A DNA stretch of 64,000 bases from Dehalococcoidia bacterium. Its GTDB lineage: Bacteria > Chloroflexota > Dehalococcoidia > Lucifugimonadales > G963668185. The notes under the pieces are model-generated. The model worked only from the letters and a program-made list of their open reading frames with translations, had not been told where the DNA came from and ran no database searches. The stretch is from contig OZ253485.1 in NCBI GenBank assembly GCA_965261935.1, forward strand, positions 1,139,005-1,203,004, read 5' to 3'. A program made the position numbers and the translations under genes. Within the stretch, counting starts at the first letter, position 1; each line of letters opens with the position of its first letter. Positions 40,949-50,634 of the stretch are shown here, piece after piece.

Positions 40949-42181
40949 ATGCCCTCGACGAGCCATAACCACGTCTCTTTCGCACCAACCGGCCCAGCAA
41001 CTGGGAAGCAGGGTTCCAGAGCCGTTTACAAGAAGGTCGTCGTGAAACTCGGGACCGGCTTGCTGACCCATGGGGGCAACAGCCTGAACGACGAGGTCAT
41101 GGAAGACCTAGTGGGCCAGATTTCCAATCTGCACGATGCGGGGCTCGACGTGGTGGTCGTAACATCGGGCGCCGTTGCCGCCGGGCGTCATATCCTGGGA
41201 GAGGCACCGGGCCTGGAGGGTCTTGTACATAGGCAGGCGCTAGCAGCGGTGGGGCAGGTGGAACTGATGAGGCGCTACGCAAGTCTGTTCGCACGGCAAG
41301 ACTCCCCAATCCATGTGGCGCAAGCTATGCTCACTCGAAGGGACATCGTCAGCGACCGGCTAAGCTACCTCAACGCCCGAAACACACTCCTGGCGCTCCT
41401 TCGACAACGCGTGGTGCCGATTATCAACGAGAACGACGTTGTAGCAGTGGACGAGCTAGTGGGCCAGGTGTTTGGCGACAACGACAGTCTTTCGGCAATG
41501 GCTGCGAACCTTGTTGACGCTGACCTGCTGGTTATGCTGGGAGAACTAGAAGGCCTGTACACTCGGGACCCACGTCTAAATCCCACTGAGGCAGAATTTG
41601 TTCCCAGGGTAGAGAATGTGGAAGCCGCAATCAGGGACATGGCCGGGCCGTCCGCCGACAGCAAGGGCCGAGGCGGCATGATCACCAAGCTCGAAGCGGC
41701 ACGCCTATCCTCCCAAGTAGGAACCGACGTGGTGATCTGCAGCGGCCTGACGGACCGCGTGCTGTCAAGAGTGGTCATGGGTCAGGCCTGGGACAACGCC
41801 GAACGGAACTGCACTTTGATTCCCGCCTCCGGCACGAAGACCGAGAGCCGCAGGCGCTGGATGGTTGCAGGCAAATGTCTGACTGGCAGCATCGTAGTGG
41901 ACGAAGGTGCTTCTAACGCCCTGGTAAGGCGCAATCGAAGCCTGCTCCCAGCGGGAGTTACTTCGGTCAGCGGCGATTTCGAACGCGGAGACATCGTGCC
42001 GATCTGGGACACTGCACGGGAGATCGCCGCAGGGTTTTGCAACTATAGCGCCCAAGAACTGGAGCGAATCAAGGGAAGTCAGTCCACAGACATTCAGTCC
42101 ATCCTGGGCTATGAGTATGGGGCGGAGGTTGTCCACCGTAACAACATGATGGTGTACCCCCAACCAACGTCGCGGAGGTGA
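40949..42181 (+). CDS. proB: Glutamate 5-kinase with a C-terminal PUA domain
   Basis: VVVKLGTGLLT, VTSGAVAAG and a PUA-like C-terminus. ATG 40949 is the first usable in-frame start before the conserved N-terminus. Confidence 0.85.
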   Translation: MPSTSHNHVSFAPTGPATGKQGSRAVYKKVVVKLGTGLLTHGGNSLNDEVMEDLVGQISNLHDAGLDVVVVTSGAVAAGRHILGEAPGLEGLVHRQALAAVGQVELMRRYASLFARQDSPIHVAQAMLTRRDIVSDRLSYLNARNTLLALLRQRVVPIINENDVVAVDELVGQVFGDNDSLSAMAANLVDADLLVMLGELEGLYTRDPRLNPTEAEFVPRVENVEAAIRDMAGPSADSKGRGGMITKLEAARLSSQVGTDVVICSGLTDRVLSRVVMGQAWDNAERNCTLIPASGTKTESRRRWMVAGKCLTGSIVVDEGASNALVRRNRSLLPAGVTSVSGDFERGDIVPIWDTAREIAAGFCNYSAQELERIKGSQSTDIQSILGYEYGAEVVHRNNMMVYPQPTSRR

Positions 42182-42183
42182 AA

Positions 42184-43458
42184 ATGCAAAGCGTCGTGGA
42201 CAGCTTGACTTCAAAGGCGAAGGCAGCCCGAACGGCAGCCCGCGAGATGGCCCGCCTGCCGACATCGGTAAAGAACCAGAGTCTGTGGAACATCGCAGAG
42301 AGTCTGGAAGAACGCAACGCCGTGATACTGCAGGCCAACGAGGCTGACTACGAAGAGTCGCGGAGGCAAGGGCTCTCGGAGGCGATGCTGGACCGTCTGA
42401 GGCTGGATGAACAGAGGCTGGCATCCATAGCGGCCGACGTGCGGAGCATTGCCGATTTGCCTGACCCGGTGGGGGAAACACTTGAAGAGCGCACATTACC
42501 CAACGGCCTCAAGGTACGCCGGCGAAGAGTCCCACTTGGAGTCATCGGGGCAATCTATGAGAGCCGGCCCAACATCACGATCGATATCTCGTCGCTCTGC
42601 TTCAAATCGGGCAATGCCGTGGTACTGAGAGGCGGTAAGGAGTCCATTCATTCGAACGCGTCACTCGCCGGAATCGTCAGAGATGCCGTCGAGAAGGCAG
42701 GCGGTCCGAAGGAGGCCATTCAGTTCGTGGAGTCAACGGACCGTCAACTTGTGAGCGAGCTGCTCCGCATGAGGGACTACATTGACCTGATGATTCCCAG
42801 GGGCGGCTCTGATCTGGTCAAGCGTGTGGCTGAGGAGGCAGCGATGCCGGCGGTCACCGGGGGAATCGGCGTCTGCCACATGTACGTAGACTCCGCAGCC
42901 GACGTCGATATGGCAGTGGAAGTCTCGCACAACGCCAAGGTGCAGCGCCCTACGGTCTGCAACGCATTGGACACACTGCTCGTACACTCAGCCGTTGGTC
43001 CAGCGTTCTTACACAAGATAGGCAGACGCTGGGCAGACTCAGGCGTGGAGATGCGATGCGATCGGAGGAGCTACAGCCTGCTCGATCCCCTGGATGGGCC
43101 AACCGTCAAAATGGCCTCCGAAAGCGATTGGGGGCGGGAACATCTCTCTCTCGTTGCCTCCGTGAAGGTGGTTGACTCGATGGAAGAGGCAATCGAGCAC
43201 ATAGACACTTACGGATCCGGCCATTCCGAGGCGATAGTAACCGAGGACTCCGCCGCCGCAGAGCGATTCCTGGATGAGGTCGATGCCTCAATGGTGCTGG
43301 TGAACGCCAGCACGCGGTTCAACGACGGCGGCCAGCTTGGGCTTGGGGCGGAAGTGGCCATAAGCACCAACAAGCTCCACGCGCGGGGGCCGATGGGACT
43401 GCAGGAGCTGACATCATACAAGTGGACTGTGGTTGGCGAGGGTCAGATCAGGACGTAG
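42184..43458 (+). CDS. proA: Gamma-glutamyl phosphate reductase
   Basis: ORF 42178..43458. ATG 42184 lies 5 nt after GGAGG. Aldehyde dehydrogenase fold with the catalytic Cys context VCNALDTLLVH. Confidence 0.9.
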   Translation: MQSVVDSLTSKAKAARTAAREMARLPTSVKNQSLWNIAESLEERNAVILQANEADYEESRRQGLSEAMLDRLRLDEQRLASIAADVRSIADLPDPVGETLEERTLPNGLKVRRRRVPLGVIGAIYESRPNITIDISSLCFKSGNAVVLRGGKESIHSNASLAGIVRDAVEKAGGPKEAIQFVESTDRQLVSELLRMRDYIDLMIPRGGSDLVKRVAEEAAMPAVTGGIGVCHMYVDSAADVDMAVEVSHNAKVQRPTVCNALDTLLVHSAVGPAFLHKIGRRWADSGVEMRCDRRSYSLLDPLDGPTVKMASESDWGREHLSLVASVKVVDSMEEAIEHIDTYGSGHSEAIVTEDSAAAERFLDEVDASMVLVNASTRFNDGGQLGLGAEVAISTNKLHARGPMGLQELTSYKWTVVGEGQIRT

Positions 43459-43494
43459 ATCAACAGCCGGCTTGGCCGGATGGAGCAGGAGAAA

Positions 43495-43809
43495 ATGTCC
43501 AAATATCAGTTCGAGCGTGAGTGCCGTACGGAGTACTCCGAATGCTACACCGTGGTAGAGGACGAGCAGTTTGTGGGCAGACTCGACCTGCACTTCGCCG
43601 ACAACGTCGTACACTCATCCCTGAGCGTAGCCGAGAGACTGACCACCGAAGACATCCAAGAAGTGCTGGACGCCATGGAGGGGCAACTGCTGAACTCCGT
43701 TGGCATACCGCGCCAGGAAATGATCATCCACGTTCACCAAGGCAGGGACATCGGAGCGTGGACCAGCCACGACTTCGAAGGCAACGGCGGGTACCAGCGG
43801 ATGAGCTAG
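43495..43809 (+). CDS. Small acidic hypothetical protein
   Basis: ORF 43480..43809. ATG 43495 follows GGAGCAGGAG. No recognisable motif. Confidence 0.45.
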   Translation: MSKYQFERECRTEYSECYTVVEDEQFVGRLDLHFADNVVHSSLSVAERLTTEDIQEVLDAMEGQLLNSVGIPRQEMIIHVHQGRDIGAWTSHDFEGNGGYQRMS

Positions 43810-43828
43810 CGCCGCGCCTGCTAGCCGC

Positions 43829-44995
43829 TTACGTGTTGTAGGCGCCCTTCTCCCGGTTGTATTCCTGACGCCAGTTCCTGGGCAGGTCCTTGAATCTACT
43901 CAGGCGAATGCCGTCTATGTCTATCGATGACTCCCCGTGCATGACGAGATCCGCTGCTACCTTGCCGGTGGCAGGCGACGGCGCGAATCCGAAGCTAGCG
44001 AGCGTAACGACAACGTAGTTGTTGGGATTGTCCAGCGTGTCAATGATCGGCGAGTAGTCGGGCGTAGTCTCCACAATGCAGGCCCAACTGCGGATTAGCG
44101 GCACGTCTCCGGCACCCTCCCACAACTCATAAATGCGGCGAGCTATGTTGCGTATTATGTGAGTGTTCGGCTTGCTAGGGGAGTCCATATCATCGATGTC
44201 GGTCCACTCGTGCGGGCCGCCGCCGTATGCCAAATTCCCGCGCTTGGTCTGGCGGCCATATAGGCCGTTTCCGCTTACGGCACCCGACCACATTGGCTCC
44301 AGAGGCGCGGTTACCGCGATCTCGGGCCGGAACGGCGACGTCGGCACAAAGGCTCCCACCATCTCTGCCAGCGCAGTCGTCTGTGCGCCCGCGGCCGACA
44401 CCACGAAGTTTGTCTCTATGTCGCCTTCGGACGTCTCGACTGCCGTAACGCTTTCTCCCTGGACCTTGAAACCGGTCACCGTCACGTGCTGCAGGATCCT
44501 GGCGCCGTGGTCCTGGGCGGCCCATGCGTATGCCTGAACCGAACGCTGTGGGTTCGCGTGGCCTCCCAGCGGATTGAACAGCCCACCCAAGACGCGCGGC
44601 GAGATAAGCGGGGCCATATCCTTGATGGTATCCGCGTCAAGCAACTTCGCGTCTACTCCCATCTCCTGAAACTCGGGGATCATTTCCTTCTGGAAGTTAA
44701 GGGAGTCTTCATGCAGAGCAACGTTGATGGTCCCCGGCTCGTACTCAGTCGGATATCCCAACTCGTCATCCATCGTTGGCCAGAGCCGTGCTGCCTCCAT
44801 GCGCAGAGCACGATCCTTCAGTTCGGACACGCCACCCGCCCCGACCATGCCGCCATTGCGGCTCGAAGACTCGTACCCGATCACTCCCTTTTCGATGACC
44901 AGCACATCGACTCCGGCTTTGGCAAGCCACCATGCGGTGCTCAACCCGCTGACTCCGGCTCCTATGACTACTACTTCAGCCTTGTCGAATGCCAT
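43829..44995 (-). CDS. FAD-dependent oxidoreductase, opine oxidase subunit B / sarcosine oxidase beta / HcnC-like
   Basis: N-terminal VVVIGAGVSGLSTAWWLAKAG...VIEKG dinucleotide fold. 388 aa, paired with the upstream OoxA-like gene. Confidence 0.7.
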   Translation of the reverse strand: MAFDKAEVVVIGAGVSGLSTAWWLAKAGVDVLVIEKGVIGYESSSRNGGMVGAGGVSELKDRALRMEAARLWPTMDDELGYPTEYEPGTINVALHEDSLNFQKEMIPEFQEMGVDAKLLDADTIKDMAPLISPRVLGGLFNPLGGHANPQRSVQAYAWAAQDHGARILQHVTVTGFKVQGESVTAVETSEGDIETNFVVSAAGAQTTALAEMVGAFVPTSPFRPEIAVTAPLEPMWSGAVSGNGLYGRQTKRGNLAYGGGPHEWTDIDDMDSPSKPNTHIIRNIARRIYELWEGAGDVPLIRSWACIVETTPDYSPIIDTLDNPNNYVVVTLASFGFAPSPATGKVAADLVMHGESSIDIDGIRLSRFKDLPRNWRQEYNREKGAYNT

Positions 44996-45056
44996 TGGGA
45001 CTCTCCTAAAGCGACTACTCGGTCTTGACGGCCGATCTATGGACCCGGGAGGCTCG

Positions 45057-46613
45057 TTACTGCCCCGGCGCGTGAGGTCCTACAGGACCCCTTCTGAAGT
45101 TGCGCGGCATATGCAACCAGCCGGACCACCTGTCACGCAACTCCTGTGCTTCATCATGCGCGTAAATGATCTTCAGCGGCAACGGGCGTACGGGCGCGCG
45201 GTAAGAGGCCAATGGCACTTCGGCCAGCGGCGTCCCCGTACTGTGGGCTAACAGCATCGACACTTGGTCTCGGCAACGGCGGCCCTGGCAATAGCCCATG
45301 CCAGCCCTGGTCAGACGCTTGACCTGGTCCTGGTCCACAGGCCCGTCCTTCAGGAGCGTATCTATGTTCCGGCGGGTCATTTCTTCGGAATTCCACCCCA
45401 AGTAACGAGGGGGAGCAACGTTCAGCAACTCTCCTTGCGTCACCTCTTCGCACCGGCAGACAAGTACGTCGCTTCCTCCGGTCTCACGCAGGGAGTCGAA
45501 CCAGCGCTGACGATAATCAAACGCCTCGGTGCCATCCAAGCCACCGGACGGAGTTAGCTCCACTACACGCCTGTCAGCAGCCGCTCTGTCCAGAGCGGCG
45601 AGGCTCTGAGCCGCCGCCGTGCCTGCAATGCGACCCTGTGCTACGGCGGTCGAGGCATCGGAGCAAACGCCGGCGCCAACCCCTGCGGCGTCGCCCGCAA
45701 CGTATACGCCCGGAACGCTGGTCTCCATGTTGTGGTCAACATCCGGAGCCCAGCCTCCAAGCTCAGGTCTGAAAGCCATCTGGCATCCGGTTATGAATGC
45801 GATGTCGGACATCGGAGTTTGGCCGATAGCGAAGACAACAGAATCGCAGTCCAAGGTACTTGCTTCGCCGACCGGAGTCATTGAACCGTCAACGCCCGAG
45901 ACGACAATGCCGGTGACCTCGTCACCATCCGTTCGTACCTCCACAACAGTGGTGGAGAGGAAGATCGGGATGCCACGCGCCTCCAACTTTGTTCTAGTCG
46001 CGACATTCCCGCTCGGGTCCGAGGACACGTCGACTATGCCAGCGACCTCAAGGCCCATGTCAGCCGCCGTTTGAGCGACCTCCATGCCGAGATCATTGGC
46101 ACCGAGCACAACCAGCCGCCGGGACGACAGCGCCTGATACCGCCTGGCGAGGCTCAAAAAGCCACCCGCTCCCATCACCCCAGCTGCGTCCCAGCCCTTG
46201 ACCGCAAGAGCGAAGTCTCGTGCGCCCGGGGCCAGAATCAGGCGTTCATACTCGATCATCCAAGAATGCTCTGTATCGGCGAGGCCTAGCACTGGGAACT
46301 CGTGCTGGTAGCTGTGGTCTTCGTTCTTGAAGCTGCCCCAGACACTGATGCCCAACCGCACGTCCACTCCAGCCTCTTCGGCCTGCTGGAGTAGTTCGCC
46401 GGAGGTAACGTATCGTTCCAGCATCAAAGCTCGGTTTCGTACTGTGTTCACATACCGCTCACCGAACATGAGCGGCACGTCCATGGCCAACATCGTGGGC
46501 TCAATAGGGTTCTCGTCGAACAGCACGACGCTCAACCCCGCCTCTGCGGCCTCAATCGCCGCCGACGCTCCAGCCGCTCCAGCTCCAACGACCGCAACCT
46601 GTACGCGTTCCAT
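45057..46613 (-). CDS. FAD/NAD(P)-binding oxidoreductase with a BFD-like [2Fe-2S] domain, opine oxidase subunit A / HcnB-like
   Basis: ORF 45057..46634. ATG 46613 lies 8 nt after GGAG. Motifs VAVVGAGAAGASAA, a second Rossmann motif, CRCEEV and GYCQGRRC Cys pairs. Confidence 0.7.
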   Translation of the reverse strand: MERVQVAVVGAGAAGASAAIEAAEAGLSVVLFDENPIEPTMLAMDVPLMFGERYVNTVRNRALMLERYVTSGELLQQAEEAGVDVRLGISVWGSFKNEDHSYQHEFPVLGLADTEHSWMIEYERLILAPGARDFALAVKGWDAAGVMGAGGFLSLARRYQALSSRRLVVLGANDLGMEVAQTAADMGLEVAGIVDVSSDPSGNVATRTKLEARGIPIFLSTTVVEVRTDGDEVTGIVVSGVDGSMTPVGEASTLDCDSVVFAIGQTPMSDIAFITGCQMAFRPELGGWAPDVDHNMETSVPGVYVAGDAAGVGAGVCSDASTAVAQGRIAGTAAAQSLAALDRAAADRRVVELTPSGGLDGTEAFDYRQRWFDSLRETGGSDVLVCRCEEVTQGELLNVAPPRYLGWNSEEMTRRNIDTLLKDGPVDQDQVKRLTRAGMGYCQGRRCRDQVSMLLAHSTGTPLAEVPLASYRAPVRPLPLKIIYAHDEAQELRDRWSGWLHMPRNFRRGPVGPHAPGQ

Positions 46614-46789
46614 TTGGCCACTCCTGAACATCACTACCGTCCTCTATCGCCGCCTGTAGGACGCTCCCGCATGTCAGCCAATGGTACATGAAGGCACCGC
46701 ATGTTCAAGGGGCGTCCGTTCCTTCAAATCGCGGCATGCGCAGCAGGTCAATACGCTAACAGTGGGGGACATGACACGGGCGAATGCGG

Positions 46790-47491
46790 CTAGAAGTCCG
46801 TGACCTCCTGGTCCGAAAACTCGCTCGCCATCCTCAAGCGGTGCGGGCAGACCTTCTCGTACCCTGCCGAGGGAACGAATTCGACGCGTTGACCACCGTC
46901 AGCGGTATCGACTGTGACCAGCGTGAAAGTCGCGTCCTGGAGCGCGGCGTCAGGGGTGCCGGACCCAGGCTGTGCGATAGCGACACTCTCGGTCACGCTG
47001 TCCGATTCCACTTCCGGTTCAGCTTGTGTTACTAAATCTGCGTCTCCTTCAACGAACTCTTCAACTTCCACATAGGTCGATGTTCGTGCCAACTTGGGAG
47101 CGTAGCGCCCATCCATATCCGCGGAACCTAATCTCCCGGCAGTCGACAGTGCCGCCGTCCTGGCAAATTGAACGAGCCTGTCGTGATCAACCCGATCATC
47201 CGGGCCAGAGTCGCTGTTATAGACAGGAGCCGCCGCTTTTGCGCCAATCAAGACCGTGGATGCGCTGTCATCACGTGCAGCTTCAGTCTTGGAAGCCTCG
47301 TCTTGTAAAACCAACCCCGTGACAGCGATCGCGTCAGAGTGTTGTGGCTCGGCGGCAGCGTCGAACTGGAGCGTAGGCGCGGCGGAGGCCCCGCAACCGA
47401 CGAGTAGCGTCAAGAGCACAATGGCCAACGGCGGCGCCATCAGTAGTCTACGCTTCCGCAACACCGTCCACCTCACCTGACTGACTGCCAT
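46790..47491 (-). CDS. Acidic lipoprotein of unknown function, last gene of the transporter unit
   Basis: ORF 46790..47551. ATG 47491 lies 7 nt after the permease stop. Lipobox LLVGCG. Confidence 0.5.
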   Translation of the reverse strand: MAVSQVRWTVLRKRRLLMAPPLAIVLLTLLVGCGASAAPTLQFDAAAEPQHSDAIAVTGLVLQDEASKTEAARDDSASTVLIGAKAAAPVYNSDSGPDDRVDHDRLVQFARTAALSTAGRLGSADMDGRYAPKLARTSTYVEVEEFVEGDADLVTQAEPEVESDSVTESVAIAQPGSGTPDAALQDATFTLVTVDTADGGQRVEFVPSAGYEKVCPHRLRMASEFSDQEVTDF

Positions 47492-47498
47492 GTCCTGG

Positions 47499-48503
47499 TT
47501 ACTGTTGACCCCGCAGACGCGGGTCAAGCAAATCGCGTAGGCCGTCTCCAAGGAGGTTTATTCCAAGCACAACGAAGCTGATGGCTATCCCTGGGAATAT
47601 CGCCAGCCACGGCGCGTTAAACACGTGCGTGACCTGCGACATGGTCAGCATCCCGCCCCACGTGGGGTTGGGGGGAGGCACGCCATAGCCCAGGAAGCTA
47701 AGTGACGCTTCGTACAGAATGGCCCCGCCCAAGCTTAACGTTGCCAAGGTGATAATCGGCGCGGCCACGTTCGGCATAATGTGGCCGAACACAATTCTAG
47801 CGTCGTTGGCACCCAACGCCCTGGCGGCAGTAACGTACTCGCTTTCCTTCACAACCAAGGCCGCGGACCGAATGATCCTGGAGTTCCAAGGCGTCCAGAG
47901 TATACCTAGCGCCAGAATGATCTTGGTCATGGCCCAGGGCGCCAGCGGCATGAACCCCACTCTGGTGGGCAGAATCGTCACCAAAGTTATCAGCACGGGA
48001 AGAGCCGGAAACGTGAGCCATGCGTCAACGAGCCGCTGTATGAACAGGTCGAATTTACCACCGAACCACGCCGAGCCCACACCAAGCACCGCTCCGAAGA
48101 AAATTCCGAACGCGACCGTGCCGATGCCCACCAGCACCGACGTGCGTCCTCCGTGAATTACCAAGCTCATGAAGTCTCTGCCGTTAATGTCAAGGCCCAT
48201 GGGATGTCGCCAGCTTGGCCCTGGAACCTCCCAAACGCCGTAGTCAGGCTGGCTCTCGCTCGCATCGCCTTCTTCCGCCAGATGCGTACGAATCCTGTCG
48301 AGGTTAGGTTCGTTGATCCCCTCCGGCGCGATCCACGTGGCAAAGATCCCGATGATCAGGAAGAAAAGCATGATCACGAGGCCGACAGTGGCCAGCGGCT
48401 TGGTCCTGACCAACTGGATCCAGAGGTCAACGTACCAAGCCCTGGACTTGGCCCGAGAGAGTACTTCTTCAGCTCTATGAGTTGGAGTGATCTCCGTAGT
48501 CAT
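47499..48503 (-). CDS. ABC transporter permease, DppC/OppC type
   Basis: Six TM segments and the EAA loop YVTAARALGANDARIVFGHIMPNVAAPIIT. Confidence 0.85.
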   Translation of the reverse strand: MTTEITPTHRAEEVLSRAKSRAWYVDLWIQLVRTKPLATVGLVIMLFFLIIGIFATWIAPEGINEPNLDRIRTHLAEEGDASESQPDYGVWEVPGPSWRHPMGLDINGRDFMSLVIHGGRTSVLVGIGTVAFGIFFGAVLGVGSAWFGGKFDLFIQRLVDAWLTFPALPVLITLVTILPTRVGFMPLAPWAMTKIILALGILWTPWNSRIIRSAALVVKESEYVTAARALGANDARIVFGHIMPNVAAPIITLATLSLGGAILYEASLSFLGYGVPPPNPTWGGMLTMSQVTHVFNAPWLAIFPGIAISFVVLGINLLGDGLRDLLDPRLRGQQ

Positions 48504-48559
48504 GCGTTTACTCCTTGCTCGTGCGACTCCGAAAGCCGTAGGCGACCTTTAGCCATGAA

Positions 48560-50512
48560 TCAACCGTAATGAATTCTGGGATCCAGCCAGCCGTAGGTCA
48601 TGTCCACCATCAGGTTTGAGAGTAGTACTCCTGCCGCGAAGACCAGGTTTATGCCCTGTATCACCGGGTAGTCTCGGAGCCTTACCGCGTCCAGCAGCAG
48701 GCGGCCAATCCCCGGCACACTGAACAGGCGCTCGATTATCACCAGCCCGCCTACAATCAGCGGGACCTGCATGCCGATGATCGTGACCACCGGTATCAGG
48801 GCGTTCTTCAGCGCGTGCCGGTATATCACCACGCGTTCCCTCAACCCCTTCGACCACGCCGTTCGCACATAGTCCTGCCTTAGCACCTCCAGCATCATGG
48901 AACGCGTCATGCGCATGACGCTGGCAGAACCGAACAGCCCACCCACCAGAACCGGAATTGCAAAGAACTTGAGATTTGCCAATGGGTTGTCGAAGAAGAA
49001 GATGTACTGCAAAGGCGGGGTCCAGTCTAACAGTACAGCCGGAAGCAGGATCACCATTGTTCCGAGCCAGAAGCTGGGTACGGCCAGTCCCGTGATGGCG
49101 ATGGTCCTGCCGGTATAGTCCATCCACGTGTCCTGCCGGACGGCGGACAAGATGCCCAGCGGGACCGCCACCGCCGTGGCCAGAAGAATGGTCATCACGC
49201 CAAGCTGCAGCGTAGGCGCCAGTGTTCGGGACAAGTCCTCGGTAACGGTACGCGTTCCCACGAGCGACTTCCCGAGATTGCCCCCGATGGCGCCCCATTG
49301 CCAGAAGCTCTTCGAGGAGGCCACGAAATAGCGGAACTCTCCGGTGCGTTCACTCTGGATCGGCCACGCGGACAAGAGATCCTTGGCAGGAATCGGCTCG
49401 TCGTCCGGATCGATTAGCAGCAAGCGCTTCCACGACTCTCCACCGTCTAGAGTCTCCAGCATCAGGCCGTTGTTGCCGTAGGCAAATCCTCGCTGCTCGT
49501 CAACCAACCCGACGCCCCGCAGAGTTTCACGCAAGGCCACTGGCTCGCCGGGTGCATCGCCCTCGAGCACATAGGCCACATCCAACGTGCGCCAGGATAT
49601 CCCGGCGTCGTCACTTCGGGTGACCGTGCCGTCTTCACCCACGGCCACGGCCTTGGTGCCGACGAAGGCTACCGACAGCAGGCGCTCCGACGTGCCGCTC
49701 CCCACTGTGCTCCACGTTCCTCCCCCGTCGGTCGTGCGTAGGATCACGCCGCCGCCGCCGACGGCAAGGCCGTTGTCGACGTCCGCAAAGGCCGCTGCGT
49801 GCAGGCTTTCAGACGTGCCGCTGTTCTGCGAACGCCACGTCGAGCCGCCGTCTGAGGTTGTTATGATCGTACCGTCGTTGCCCACGGCCCAGACGTTCTC
49901 GGTGTCCAGGGCTACTATGTCCGCCAGGTCCTGAGTGACGCCTGACGATTGCTCGAACCAGGTGCTCTCTCGTCTGCCGCCGCCGGTCGTGGGTCGTCCG
50001 CCCTCCTCGCTGTATAGGATGGCGCCTTTATTGCCCACAGCCCAGACATCGTCCACGTCGAACGCGGCTATGGCGGTCATGTCCTCATCAGTCTTGTGCT
50101 GGGGTGTCCAGGTGCGGCCAGAGTCGCCGCTTCCCCAGAGTATCTGCTTGCCTACCGACCAGCCGACTCGGTTCGTGACAAACGTCAGGTCCGTAACCGG
50201 GTCCGCCGAAAACTCTCCAAGTTCGCGCCAGATCCCGTCGCCGAATCCACTGCGCAGAACACGGCCTTCCTGGTCGGTCCAGCCCAAGATGAACCGAATG
50301 TACTGGACCGCGAACGGGTCATCGAGACCGAGCCTGGCCTTCAGAATCGCAAGTTCCCGCTCTCCAAGCGTAGTTGAGACATCCCGGCCGGCCCCCAAAT
50401 ACGCTTGTAAGGCGTCGCCGGGCATCACGCGCGCAATTCCCGCCACGAAGAACGAGGCGATCAACAGCGTTGGAACTAAGAGCAGGACGCGTCTGAGCAG
50501 ATAGATGCGCAT
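48560..50512 (-). CDS. ABC transporter permease, DppB/OppB type, with a ~330-aa Asp-box (BNR) repeat insertion in the first external loop
   Basis: The N-terminus MRIYLLRRVLLLVPTLL..MPGD..QYIRFILGW and the core from GGNLGKSL to the EAA loop RTAWSKGLRERVVIYRHALKNALIPVVT are family-typical. Residues ~79-409 carry SGDSGRTW, TSDGGSTW, TTDGGGTW, RSDDAGISW, TLDGGESW and one degenerate copy. Confidence 0.8.
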   Translation of the reverse strand: MRIYLLRRVLLLVPTLLIASFFVAGIARVMPGDALQAYLGAGRDVSTTLGERELAILKARLGLDDPFAVQYIRFILGWTDQEGRVLRSGFGDGIWRELGEFSADPVTDLTFVTNRVGWSVGKQILWGSGDSGRTWTPQHKTDEDMTAIAAFDVDDVWAVGNKGAILYSEEGGRPTTGGGRRESTWFEQSSGVTQDLADIVALDTENVWAVGNDGTIITTSDGGSTWRSQNSGTSESLHAAAFADVDNGLAVGGGGVILRTTDGGGTWSTVGSGTSERLLSVAFVGTKAVAVGEDGTVTRSDDAGISWRTLDVAYVLEGDAPGEPVALRETLRGVGLVDEQRGFAYGNNGLMLETLDGGESWKRLLLIDPDDEPIPAKDLLSAWPIQSERTGEFRYFVASSKSFWQWGAIGGNLGKSLVGTRTVTEDLSRTLAPTLQLGVMTILLATAVAVPLGILSAVRQDTWMDYTGRTIAITGLAVPSFWLGTMVILLPAVLLDWTPPLQYIFFFDNPLANLKFFAIPVLVGGLFGSASVMRMTRSMMLEVLRQDYVRTAWSKGLRERVVIYRHALKNALIPVVTIIGMQVPLIVGGLVIIERLFSVPGIGRLLLDAVRLRDYPVIQGINLVFAAGVLLSNLMVDMTYGWLDPRIHYG

Positions 50513-50634
50513 CAGCCTTCTCCTTCAATCGTCAAACAGCACGGGCCGTACCCTTTGGCGATAATGTATCCGGAGGGGCAAGCCCGGGCTTGCCCCTCCA
50601 GCATTTTCTTACCCAGATCCGGGAGTTTTGGAGG

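Noticed and set aside
40841-41071. Long N-terminal extensions of the TPP enzyme (to 41071) and of proB (from 40841), which overlap each other
   Set aside because: The conserved N-termini begin at ATG 40798 (minus) and shortly after ATG 40949 (plus). The extensions are mutually overlapping and low-complexity.
48549-49298. 249-aa minus-strand ORF in an alternative frame of the permease gene
   Set aside because: It overlaps the conserved transmembrane core of the DppB-type permease, which reads through in another frame with the EAA loop intact.
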